Positions 1-11,544 of a stretch of DNA of 64,000 nucleotides are shown here, one piece after another. A program made the translations under genes and the position numbers. This DNA is from Rhizodiscina lignyota (lineage: Eukaryota), in assembly GCA_010015805.1 (NCBI GenBank), contig ML978124.1, forward strand, positions 992,001 to 1,056,000. Direction: 5' to 3'. The notes below the pieces were generated by a model. It ran no database searches. It was given only the letters and a program-made list of their open reading frames with translations, and was not told the DNA's origin. How positions within the stretch are numbered: the stretch's first letter is position 1; every line of letters starts with the position of its first letter.

Positions 1-1
1 G

Positions 2-172
2 ACGGCGCAGGATGAGGTAGATAAAGCTGTTGCTGCTCTGAAGCTGGAGAATGGCAATATCACGCGTGATGGGAATGAGGAGCACATTGTTGCTGTGAAG
101 CAGGAAGATGTCAAGGAGGAAGATGTCAAGCAAGAAGATGTGAAGCAAGAAGCTGTCGCCCAGGAAGCATGA
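2..172 (+). CDS. 3' end of a gene entering from the left; acidic tail ...LKLENGNITRDGNEEHIVAVKQEDVKEEDVKQEDVKQEAVAQEA*
   Basis: Open frame from position 2 to TGA at 170-172 with coding-like composition; identity cannot be determined from this fragment. Confidence 0.6.
   Translation, partial: TAQDEVDKAVAALKLENGNITRDGNEEHIVAVKQEDVKEEDVKQEDVKQEAVAQEA
95..154 (+). repeat. 15-bp coding tandem repeat x4 (VKQED/VKEED/VKQED/VKQEA)
   Basis: gtgaagcaggaagat gtcaaggaggaagat gtcaagcaagaagat gtgaagcaagaagct. Confidence 0.85.
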
Positions 173-928
173 GCCTGAGGCGAAGTTGAATTGATGATAG
201 CGAACGTCTGAACGATGGATTCATTACGAGACATGAGTTGTCTACTGGAGGTAGCATTTCCTGCGAATTCGAGCATCTGGGCGGGTCTTTTTCATTTGCA
301 CACACTGGCTGGTTGGATGAACTGTTTTCTTGTTCGATTTAGCGCGGCGTCTTTCGGGCACTCGGATGTAGATACCCACTGCAGCGTTGGACTGGACAGG
401 GAGATCATGGCGCCTAATCTAGATAGGCCTCCTACCTCACTGAATGAATGCAAGGAATGAAGCATTTCCCCTTATAGACACTTGTGCAGATTCTTACGTT
501 ACCGAACGTCACACGGCGGATCAGGTGAACATCCAGATCATGGCTGAGACACCTATTTAGATTCCAAGGTCAATGAGCGCCACATTCTTTCCAAGTTGGC
601 TTGTGTGCATGAGGACAATGATGCCCTTTGGGTTCGTCGGCTTGACACAGTCGATCTTTGCGAAGGTAATCGTTGGGCGTGAAGATCTGGCCACTAATAA
701 GCACAACTACGCGGCAAGTAGTGCCATTGCAGGCTCGTGCTGCAATTTTGAACTATAGTATTTTAAGTATTAGTACCTCCGTATGCGATTTAATTAAGCA
801 TTTTATTTACTACGAGAAGATCGAATAGTGTCATAACTAGAGTATATGCTAAAATACAACGCCTAGTACTAAGCTTCTATCTTCTAAGGACTAGGTACGA
901 CCGCTCTAGGAAAAGCTGAAGGGCAAGC

Positions 929-2137
929 TCAAGGAGTGCACCAACTTAACATCTCCATCTTCTTTTCTAGACGTTCCACCCTATCCAAAAGGGCAGTGAA
1001 ATCTTCTCTGCGTCTCAGCCGCCCATTCAGAAACTTGAGATGAGGATGCAAATGTTTTGTATCTTTTGCTGTCGCTATGACGACCTCGCGAGAAACCTCA
1101 ATCCAATATTGGTCATAGCTAAGGACCATCAAATACAGCACATAGCAAAGCGCGAGGATCCATTCTGCTATGGCTGAGATCGATACTAAGGTATAGCATT
1201 GCGTGCCTTCGAAAGGCGTTTCCTTCGAGCCGATACAGCGGTACGATCCAATAAGAAATAAGAAACCAGTTGCTAAGAGCGGATCAGTAGCTGGAATTTC
1301 GGCATTCGAGCGCTGTTTTCAAGACTTACGAAGGGCTACAAAGCCAATTGTCTTTCTGCACTTTCGGACTAACGCCAGGTGAGGCTCCCTGCATCGACGC
1401 CCCATGCGGTATGACAGCCAGTAGTCTGAAGATTTGGCTAGAGATAAAGTCCAGACGTGGACTGACGTTAGAACTACATGCCGTGTCGGGTACAACTCGA
1501 TAGGTGTACGGCTGACGGCAACAAGAAAGCAGCAGGACACAGTCCCAAAGGCCATCTTGGAGTAACGGAAATAGATGCCGGGCTGAACATTGCGGCCAGC
1601 AATGCCATCCATAACGAACCCGGTAATAACAAATCCTGCGACGAATACCGGAAGCGTTGTGAAGGCAACTTCTTTCGTCGCACCGATCGAAGAAATATAG
1701 GGCCATAGCGCGTACGAGCCGCCGCCACCGATCCGAGGCTGTTTGCCGTCGACGTGGGCACGGGTCAAGTAACAGAGGAGGAAATAGGCGATCATGCTAA
1801 ACCAGATCAGACTGCCTAGAAAGAATGGAGCTGCTCGAAGAAGGTATCGTGTACGAGTAGACGAGATCAAGCCAAGCGATCCGTCGGAACTTGATGTATA
1901 CGTCCGAATTGGATGCTTTTCGGTTTGCGCAGTGGCGGGGCCGTCAACCAATGTTTCATCGCTGGCAGACGGCGTTATTCGACCGTGAAGCACATTGAAG
2001 GAACTGAGTTCGCCGTCGCTAAGTTCCCGCCCCTGGTTTTTATGGTCGTCGGAAGGAATCCCATTACGGTACCTGGTGTTGAGCAAATCGCGAGATGGAG
2101 TAATCGCGAGATGGGAAGGAGGCCTGAGATGCAGCAT
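929..2137 (-). CDS. Frag1/DRAM/Sfk1-family multipass membrane protein, 2 exons
   Basis: PYISSIGA motif and several TM segments. Intron 1273-1329 (GTAAGT..CTGAT..TTAG) joins ORF 1319..2137 to an exon with SAIAEW and the 929..1141 frame. Confidence 0.75.
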
Positions 2138-2529
2138 TTCTATAGGACTAAGAATTCCGAGACGCCTAAAAGACTAAAACACAATGGGAGGAATGACGAA
2201 GGACGAATTAAACGATGAAGATAAACGAGGCTCAACGAAGGAGACATTTAGAGGCTTATAAATTATAGGTATACAAGACATCAAAACTATAATAAGAGCT
2301 GTTGGTACAGCATGTTGAATCACGCTGTCACACCCCCCACCCCCCCACAGGCAGACGGGAGGATATGAAAGAGATAAGAGGGGGGAAGAGTGGCAGCGTG
2401 ATTTCAACATGCTGTAGTTGCACCCATACGCAACTTTCCCAGGACTGTTGTCCTCTAACTAACACTAAAGGTGTGCTTTACGCCCCAGTTTGTGCAATGA
2501 CACACACTCATCGATATTTCCGCGGTTAT

Positions 2530-3050
2530 TTGTAGAAATTCAGCCTTGTAGACACTGGAACGTAGTAGGGAGTCCACGAAGAGTAGGGGTCAACTAAGAA
2601 GTTAGAAAGTAAGCTGATTGACATTGAAGAGTTAAAACCTACTCCCACATGTTTACATCATAAATCTATACTTCTATTAGCTTGTACCCGTGAACTGTCG
2701 GTTTTACCCCCATTCTTGGTTGACCTCCTTCTACGTTAGTGGCCTTCGTAATGTCTCTCAAATCTTCATATAGCGTTTGCCGACCAGGGAAGGGGACTAG
2801 AGGAAAGGCAGCAAGCTCCGTACTCGCAATCGCATCGATGCTCTCCGCTATGACGTCTTGGTATTATACGTATTTCCGTGCAGAAGTATATAGCTAGAGC
2901 TAACGTGACAGTACTAGATTTGGAATAACGATTCGCTACAGTGCCGGCGTGGCCGTGCGGTGGATTGGAGTGGAAAGCAGTCCATAAAATGGCAGATTCA
3001 GCTTGAGGAAGTCCGCGACACCCTGGATTTAAGTTGGGGCAGAACGTTTT
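2530..3050 (-). pseudogene. Possible RIP-degraded, intron-containing gene relic
   Basis: Intron-like segments 2594-2642 (GTAGGT..CTAAC..TTAG) and 2666-2707. One frame reads protein-like with only TAG/TAA stops; TpA-rich. No family recognised. Confidence 0.3.
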
Positions 3051-3619
3051 CGACAGGTTCATTGTTGTAAAGGAAGGGTTCCCGAGAGGTAAGGTTGAGA
3101 TTTCCGATATGATATGGGGGTTCAGCCAAAAGAGAACTAGCGCGTTTTGACATATCCTATGGGGCCGGATTTCGCTCACAATGCCTCCATCGTCTGTCAC
3201 AGTCCTCGCCGGCATACAACATCTCCTCTTTTTACACCATGTCTGTGCTACGGTGATTCTAAATCGGGACGTGTGCCCTAGCCCGTTCTTTCGAACGCAG
3301 CCTGTTGCTGTTACTGTCCGCACGGAAACCTCCATTCGGACTTCGCAGCTTCTTTGCGGTCAGGTTGGTCTTCGCTTTATACCCTGAAAGTCTGCATTCC
3401 TGTAACTTTGAGCCCACGTTATCTTTCTTTCTCTTCGACGTCTTGAAGCCTAGAGTGGCTCGCTACGCAATGATGTCACCCGGCGAGGAAGAATAGCGCT
3501 TTCGGAGACAGTTGTATATTCATTTCCCGACTCGAATCATAGCTCGAATGTTTACGATGTATTAGTATCTCCTAGATCTCCTGCAAACTTGCCAAGCAAT
3601 CCCATTGTCCACTCTGAGT

Positions 3620-4822
3620 CTACTCTGAGCTTCTTATTCGTTTGAGAGAGCCACTCCGTCCCCCACTTTCTCCGTTCGTCTGCGCACTCTCACGCCCCTT
3701 CAACGCCTCGCGCACCTTCGGCAAAATGTAACGACCATAATCAATGGCATCGTTAAGATTGTCATAGCCACGTATAGAAATCAGCTCGGCTCCAAGATCG
3801 ACATAGTCGAGAATCGAATCCACAATAGTCTGCGGAGACCCGACCAGCGCGGTCGACGCACCACGCGCACCAGTCGCCGTGACTGTCGGGTACCAGAGTG
3901 CGCGATCTTGGACTTCACCGCGAGAAGCAATGTCGAGAAGTCGCTGAGAGCCTACGTTCTGCGGTGCCGGGGCGTTGGCGGGCACCCTACTGTTTCCCTG
4001 GGCTCGATTCGTGCTCAGAGCGTCCAGCGTTCGATGGGCTTTTTCCCACGCGAGCTCCTCTGTTTCGGCGACAATGGGCCGGAAAGTCACCCAGATGCGC
4101 GGCCGGTCATTGCGGCCTGCACGTTCAGCCTCAGCATAGATGGACTGAATCTGCTCTTTGGTTTCCTTGAGCGGTTCACCCCAGAGACCGAAAATGTCTC
4201 CAAGGCTACCACCGATGCGATACGCATCTTTCGATGACCCGCCGACTGAGACGGGTATGCTGGTGCCGTTCGTCGGGCGGATCAAATTCCTAAACTGTTT
4301 GAACTGGTAACTAAAACATATGAGTACGTGTCTTACTAAGATAAGTGCATACAGGATTTCTTACTACGTGCCCTCCCAATCGAAAGGGTCCGGCGACTGC
4401 CACGCACGGCGAAGAATGCGAATGTATTCCTCGAGGCGCTCGTACCGCTGCTCCTTCGTCAGGAAGTCACCCTCTCTTGCCTGTTCGACGTCGCTGCCAC
4501 CAGCGATGAAATGCACAACAACACGCCCTTTGCTGAGCTGGTCAAGGGTCGACAGGGCTTTTGCAGCGACGGTTGGATATAGCGTGTTTGGCCGGAGTGC
4601 GATGATGACTTTGAGATTTTTGGTCACGGCTGCGATCGTCGCTCCGACTGTCCAGGGGTCATAGTACGATGAATCATAAGGCACAAGCGTGTAGTTGTAT
4701 TCGTAGTCGTCGAGAGCTCGGGCGTAGCGGACGAGATATTCTGGATCGAGAGACGCATTGGGAATTGGATTGATCTCGGTGGAGGCGTTTGGGAACGTTG
4801 CGCTAATGAATTCTATCGGCAT
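3620..4822 (-). CDS. Luciferase-like flavin-dependent monooxygenase (SsuD/alkanesulfonate monooxygenase-like), 2 exons
   Basis: Motifs ALRPN, TLDQLSKGR, VGGSS and ALVGSP. Intron 4311-4364 (GTAAGA..TTAG) gives FDWEGTYYQFKQF and joins ORFs 4364..4822 and 3620..4285. Confidence 0.9.
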
Positions 4823-5639
4823 TCTGGTGGTGAATTTAGTCCAAATTAATTAATTCTCAAAGATAAACGAACTGTTTTTCCAACCGGCGTTGAATGTCGT
4901 TCATCGCCTGCCTTATCACTATTGGTGAAGGATGGCGAACAATTTCTCGCCGATCACGCCTTCCAGTCAGTCGCAGTAGTGCTGCTATGCCTTATCTAAC
5001 CGACCATTTCCGAATCACTTGACTTTAGAGCTCAATTGATTTTCAGCCGATTAACTTCGTGCAGTCCCAATAAATTCTGAGGATAATGCTCTGAGCAACG
5101 TTCATTTCAGAAACAGCTTGGGAATTACACCACTTGCAATTCATATAGAGCGCAAGACAATTGGATGACTTGAGAAATGATTTCTGAACTCAGAAGGGGC
5201 CATTCATCTTTCTTTCAACATCAGACCTCGACGCTCGACGCGCCCTTTTCGAGCGTCATATCGAGCGTTATTGTGCTTAAGCCCAGCATCTCCGGCCCAT
5301 CAGCTCCCAGCAGCAAAAGCGTCGGATAATTATCCGACAGATATCGAAGCTTTTCAACTCGCATATTCTTGGACCATTATTGTGTCGAGGTGAATCTCGT
5401 CGACTAACCGCATTCGAGGGAAATGCTGAGTTCTTAACAGTTATGAATTGAACAGGTACACTAAGGTCGAAGGCTACTTTTCTCTGCTCGAGCCGTTCAT
5501 TCCCCACAAGCTGAAACTTAGCTGAAGCCTCAGCAAATGTAACCTTGTCTCGACAACAGGACTACTGCCGAGTACGAAATCATATATACATCCCAAGACC
5601 TGGCTCCTCAGTTGAGCACATTTTAGGAATACAACAATT

Positions 5640-6170
5640 TCAGTCAGTCACAACCGCCTTGATCTTTCTCCTTGCTTTCCCACTCTGACGCTCAGTCTGT
5701 GCAGATGAAGCTGCACGATATCCATTTGAACTAGTTGGGTAATCGTCGCTGATTGTCGCCTCCCAAGCATGAGACGAAGTGGAGGTAGAAGGTCTGAACA
5801 TCATTAACGGCGCCTCGCTCAGTTGCTCATTGAGCCATCTCTGTATAGCAATGGAGCGTTGCTGTGTAGATCCATGGGCGCCGTGATCCTCGGAAGTAGG
5901 ATTGGGACGAGTAGTCGAAGGATCTTCAGTGGTGTGAGTCGCCGCCGATTGTGTGTTGACCATGAACTTTGCCGAGCAGTCCCGCGCGTTCTCGTCCTTC
6001 TCAGCACCCCTAGCAATCTCGTCGTTGTCACTTCGAATCCATGAGTCGGTGGAATCAAAATCAAAGGTCTCGTCCGCTGGCAGAGTTACCCAAGATCCAA
6101 CGAAGATAAGCTCAGAGGGTGTAATTCTCGTCGGTGTGCAAATATCGGGTCTTGCGAGTGCACCACACAT
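5640..6170 (-). CDS. Hypothetical 176-aa protein, divergent from the Clr5-domain gene
   Basis: ATG ORF preceded by ACA. Structured-looking N-terminus (MCGALARPDICTPT..FVGSWV) and IQRWL segment; function unknown. Confidence 0.55.
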   Translation of the reverse strand: MCGALARPDICTPTRITPSELIFVGSWVTLPADETFDFDSTDSWIRSDNDEIARGAEKDENARDCSAKFMVNTQSAATHTTEDPSTTRPNPTSEDHGAHGSTQQRSIAIQRWLNEQLSEAPLMMFRPSTSTSSHAWEATISDDYPTSSNGYRAASSAQTERQSGKARRKIKAVVTD

Positions 6171-7050
6171 TGTGTCAAAGAATGAGGAGGACGTAACAAG
6201 AATAACTTTGATGTAATACCAAAGAACTCAGTATCTGGATGTGAGTGTACAAAGACATTGCAGCCATATTCCTGTCCTATTTAAGTTGTATGTTGACTGT
6301 ACCAAAGGTATGACGAAAGGCAACTGGAATTACAATTTCTTCATAAAGACGAATAATCTCGGAGTATCAAGCAGTCATTCAATCATTTGAAACACATTCA
6401 AGGAATGGACGAGATAAGGAGACTGGCGAAATTCCATTCTCTTGTTTAGGAAATGGAAGCTTCTGTAGTCCACAGACAGCGTTGTTTTCTGACCAATCAC
6501 GCCCAAGGCAGATTCCCGACTCTTGTCTACGACAGCTGCAGCAGCATATGTAGAAATTTCAAAGGACTGATGCGGACTAGGCTCGGGTGTTCAGTCAGAG
6601 CCTCATCCCGTGGAAGCTTTGGCTGCGGTGGTAAATGTGCGGGATCGCTTGAGAACCGGACTAAGAAAGCTGAGAGATCAATTACAATTCCCTAACTGGT
6701 AAAGTGACATCGGGCGGGTTGGGCGTTGCGTGATCAAACAGCGTGAACTTGATGCCGCGGGCGGAAGACAGTTTGGTGGGGCGTTCGGCGCTATTCCTAA
6801 AGTGGGTTTTGTAAATCCTTCTGACGCTGAGGGCAAATCCGCTCACGACACAGCGATTCAGGTCATGCAAGCCCTCAGCCTGGAGCTCGCCCATGGACAA
6901 ATGGAAGTCGATCGCAATCCCGGTCATTGCATGCCGCGTCTGCAAAACATCAGCCTCGAAATGAAGCTTGGCAGCCTGATGGTCTCAACCACAAGGCTAT
7001 AAGTTGCCGTCTCAGTTACACCATGATGCTGTGCAAGTACGGCCGACAAG

Positions 7051-9127
7051 ATGAATTCAGACAGGCAAGAATTAATATGGGTCGGACCATCGAACCCTCG
7101 CGCGAAGCGTCTACCACAGAAGTCATGGGAGGGGTACAAGGAAGAGCTGTTTCAACTCTATCAGATGATGACGCTGGATGAGTTGATGGAATTCATGAGT
7201 CTCCGACATGACTTTGGACCTTCGTACGTTCTTCCGCACCAGCTGGTGCGCGTCAATGAATACTTTGAGGCTAACCAAACCTTGCAGTCGTCGTCAGTAC
7301 ATATTCCAATTCCGGAAATGGGGCTTCCGCAAGTATGGAAATCCGGTGGCTACCAGCACGCCCAGTGCAGGTCCGGCGAAACGCAGTCCACCAAGTTCGA
7401 CCTACTCAGCGTACAGTACGTACAGCACCTCAGTCGTGCATGCTCCGAAGCGTCGAGAACTGTCACCTGCCATCGAAGTTAAGGATCCGTTTCATGGCCT
7501 TGGCTTGCCTTTTGACACGATTCACGCAGACGAGCATCACGTGCTCTCCAGGCACCCTGATGACTATCGTGCTCCTGCATTGAATGATTTTGAAGAGTGG
7601 GCCAAAGGCCAAAGGCGCATTAATGATCCTGACGCGAGCAGCATACACGTTGATATATCTCAAGACATCGACGATTTCTCGGACGAGAACATCTACGAAA
7701 TGAAACGGACTGCGGATTTCTTATACGCCATGAGCTTTCCTAGGGATGCTTTCGTTCTCTATGTTCTGATCCTCAAACGTTTAAGGGCCTCACCGAATTG
7801 TCCAGATTGGATGATACTCTGGGCAACGATTGCCTGTGCACGTACTGCATGGGGATCTGGCGAGTTTGAGATAGCACGGAGCTTACTGAAGCAGAGGCTA
7901 GACTGTCCTTCGGGATCAGCTTGTCAGGTTGATCAGTTCGTCATGCGAATGCTCCTCGCAGATACGTATGCGCGGATTTCAGATTTCGAAGCCGAGAAGA
8001 TGCATATACAGGCTGCGCTCAGGGCCGAAAGTGCTAATGAGACACTTATCTCTGCTCTTCCCCAAGACCACCGTACCTTCGACCTCTGGACTTATCACTT
8101 CTTGACTCGTGAGTTCAGCGTCGACATGGATCAGCCACCGGATGCCGCGGGACAAAATACGCCTTACAGCTATAGATTCAACAACGAAGAGGCACGAAGA
8201 ATGCTGTTGCATCTGAAACCTGGCCCATTCGAGATTGAAAACGGTGTTATGATGAATCCCGTCCTTCGTTCATGTTTGCAATGGACGAAGTGCGAGCTGA
8301 GCAATCTGGCCATCGATCCGCACCTATGTGAATATATGGACGGCATGACACATTCCGAAGCTCATAAAAGTGCACAGGCAGTCATCCTATTCTGCGCATT
8401 CTGGGAACGCTGGCATAGTGGGAAAAGTTCAACAGCAGACGATCTATGTGTCTGGACAACCAAAGCGGAGAAGCTTATGGGCATATCTGCGTGTCAAGTG
8501 CTGATTGCGGTTGTTTTTATGGTGTTGAGTGCAGCCGAGAATGCACGAGTTGGACACCACGACAAGGGCAAATTGGGAAACCTCCTTATAGATCGTGCTC
8601 AAGCTGGTTCGCTCTACCTCTCAAGTTGCGACGACGTAATCTTAGCACGCTGTTTTCTCCTAAATTTCTCTGCCATGGAGAGGTACCAGGGGGGAGATAT
8701 GGGCGACTGGACGACGTTCCGTGCTGCTACCCGCGAGTATGCGAAAGGCTTCCTGTGAGAGAGCGTTAAGATGACACTACCTGAGATCATTTTCGACACT
8801 AATCACGCAGCTCGTTTCCGCGCCTGTCGTCTCACATACAACGTTTTCGCAACAACACTCCTACCTTCCCGAGCATCATCGCTCACCGACAGCGATAGAG
8901 TGGCCTTGCGTTCCCTACGAGATCGTATTCAAAGAGGGGTACAGACTGCTGGAGAGTTTGCAAGGATGGCGCGACCATCGAGTGTCTTCAGGCGCGGTCC
9001 GCCGAGTGCCATGGGATTGCTTAGCATGAGCGACCTGTCGTCGGCTCTGCAACTTTCGATGCGGAGCTCATTGAGTCTGTCAACAGGCACTGGTGCCCGT
9101 CCACGCTCGATAACAAGCATGTCATGA
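7051..9127 (+). CDS. Clr5-domain protein with a long helical C-terminal region; in-frame TGA at 8756-8758
   Basis: N-terminal Clr5 signature W..YKEEL..LY..MTL.ELM.FM...HDF.PS/RRQY..QFRKWGFRKY is restored by intron 7224-7287 (GTACGT..CTAAC..GCAG). ORFs 7208..8758 and 8771..9127 share one frame. Confidence 0.75.
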
Positions 9128-9821
9128 CCAACTCGCATTTGAAATGCAGAGAGACTGTGCCTGCCCGATAGATAGCCCTACCATATGGAAGCTTTGGCCA
9201 GCCACTGCAGAGAGTGCTTAGAAACAGCCGTCTGAGTGCCCTGGGGCGTGGACAGTCTCCGATGACAATTTCCACGATTGCATTTCAGCCCGCAGTCGAT
9301 TTGCCTATAATTTTGCGGTACCTTGAATATAGCACGGACACTATACTTCCGGAACGGAGCGACTGTGAGGATCAAGCTCCTGCAGCTTGTGTACCTGCAG
9401 CTGGATGCCGGTTTGCGATCGCCAGGACCCTCCACCGCAGAACGGCTTCGGACTGCGACTCAGTGCACAACCAGATCCTCCAAGCCAAGGCAAGGCTCTC
9501 AAATGAAGAATCTTACCCGGGTACTCATAATGTGCATTGAGATCTAACACTCAACCCACATAGTACACCAAGTACTTTGTAATTTACCGTTGAGGTTATA
9601 ACCACTTCGGGAAGACCCCTGCGCACCTCCGCAGCTTAATCAGACGTCAACATCACAAGTTGTCTGTGGACATGACGCCCTTCCTTCTCGAAATATTAGC
9701 AGAGTATGACACTATAATAGCAATTTCATGATCATAAATGTTTGTCATTATACTCGTCTGCTAGTACATGGAGAAATGAATCTAGAAATTTCACCTTCAC
9801 ATGTTCCAAATTGCAACCATT

Positions 9822-11544
9822 TTATGATCCGAGGTTCTCGTAGTAGCTCAGAGGCTGGTTCAACAATGGGAAGGCTTCTGGCTCATTCTGGCCAACTCCT
9901 CCAATCCATTGCGGTACCGGCAGCGTCATTGGCACATCCGTGCGGGGAGTATCCTGGAAGATATACTCGAACGTCTTGGCCCACTGCACGCGGTTGTTCA
10001 TGCCCTCGAGCTCCCACAGGTTCTGCAGGAAGTGCAAGAAGCTGGTGTGCGTGTAGGCGGAGTTGGGAGCATAGTTGGTACCCTCGTCGTGGATGAGCGT
10101 GTTGGCCGGGATGAATGGGGAGATGACGAAAGCGGGGACACGGATGCCAAGGCGGCTGAAGTCGTAGGAGACGTTGTGGCCGTCAGACAGACCGTTGAAG
10201 GGGATCTTGTCATCTGGGATGGGGACGTTGGTTGGTGGGACGACGTGGTCAGCGAAACCACCGTGCTCGTCAAAGTTGATGACGATCAGGACGTTGTCCC
10301 AGTATTTGGACTTCCTGACGCTGTCGAACAGATGCTTAATCATCTGCTGGCCAGTGGCAGGGTTGCTAAGAGGGTGCATCGAGTCGACTGTGCAGCACTC
10401 TGGGTTCAGGTACGAGAACTGCGGCAGGGTGCCCTCCTCGAGATCCTTGTACAGTTGGTCGGCATGGACGACCTTGTCCATATCGTTCTTCAGGACATAC
10501 TAAATATTCCGTTAGTTTAACGTCCATCAAGATCATTTACAGTGGGCTATCTTACCTCGTAGATGGTAGAATCAGTGATGGTCTGTTCGTAGTACTGTAG
10601 ATCGCCAATTCAGTACTCAGCTCCCAAGGAGAGCAAGACTCGAGTACATACGTTCTTCCAAGAGATTCCCTTCTTGCTGAGGGCCTCGAAGATCGAGACC
10701 GAACAGCTCAGACCCGGCTCAGTGCAGCCGACGTTAGCGCACTGCAGACCATTGTCTACCAAGCCGCAGGTTGATCCAGACGTGGCGAACTGGCGGTTGG
10801 GATTGGTGGGACCAGGGTGCTCAGCATGCTGGCCAAACGTCAGTAAAAGATCTGGAGACGAAGTTTGAACATTTTAGCCTACGTAGGTGTCCCAGAATCC
10901 AAAGGTCTCCGCAATAGTGGCAAGAACTTGGGTCTCCTTCTGGTTGTACGCTCTGATAACGTAGGCAGTGTCGCCAGGAGTGGCGTTGTACTTCTCAGAG
11001 TGACGCTCGATGAAGCCCTGCATGTTCGGCTTGTCTTCCTTGGTTGGCTCCCATTTCTGGTAGATTTCGTAAGACGTGCCTGCAAAAGCGTGATCTGGAT
11101 CTTTCAGAGGAACTTCCTCCTCGTAGGGAGCAGCACAGATTTGGAGCGGCTCGCCGTAGACAGTCCAGTTGGGGTTGGTGTAGTCATTGCAGAATGTCTT
11201 GCCGATGAGACCGTCCATGTTCTTGTTGAAGTCCCAGTAACCGGCAATGTTGTCGAATGAGTGATTCTAGTAGAGTTAGTGACTCAATTTACTTTATCTC
11301 AAAAGGGTCAAGAGAACATACCTCCATCATCAGGTAGATGACATGCTTGATCTGTGCGGGTAGTCAGTCATCTTTGCATCAGGAACTAGTAACCCCTCCC
11401 ATGACATCTACTGACGTTCTTCCTGAGCTTCCCCCAGACAACCTGGTTGCCATAAGTGGGCTTGGGGCTCGCTCTGGAGTCGAGAGGCTGTGGCAAGGCA
11501 GCGGCAAGGCCTGCCGCGCTGGCGATCAAGAGGCTCAATCTCAT
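9822..11544 (-). CDS. Secreted phosphoesterase (non-specific phospholipase C / acid phosphatase superfamily), 6 exons
   Basis: Signal peptide MRLSLLIASAAGLAAA. Spliced motifs IKHVIYLMMENHSFD, PGPTNPNR, DSMHP, FDEHGGFADHV, LGIRVP and HTS. Five canonical introns. Confidence 0.9.

Noticed and set aside
2766..3335. 189-aa minus-strand ORF
   Set aside because: Cys/Arg-rich, random-looking translation with no family motif; another frame looks more protein-like.
5230..5269. 9-bp inverted repeat GACGCTCGA..TCGAGCGTC upstream of the monooxygenase
   Set aside because: Too short to separate from chance; no TIR/TSD structure.
9214..9550. Overlapping short ORFs after the Clr5 gene
   Set aside because: No recognisable motif or splice support.
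9909..10520. 203-aa plus-strand ORF
   Set aside because: Antisense shadow of the codon-biased phosphoesterase exon; no independent motifs.
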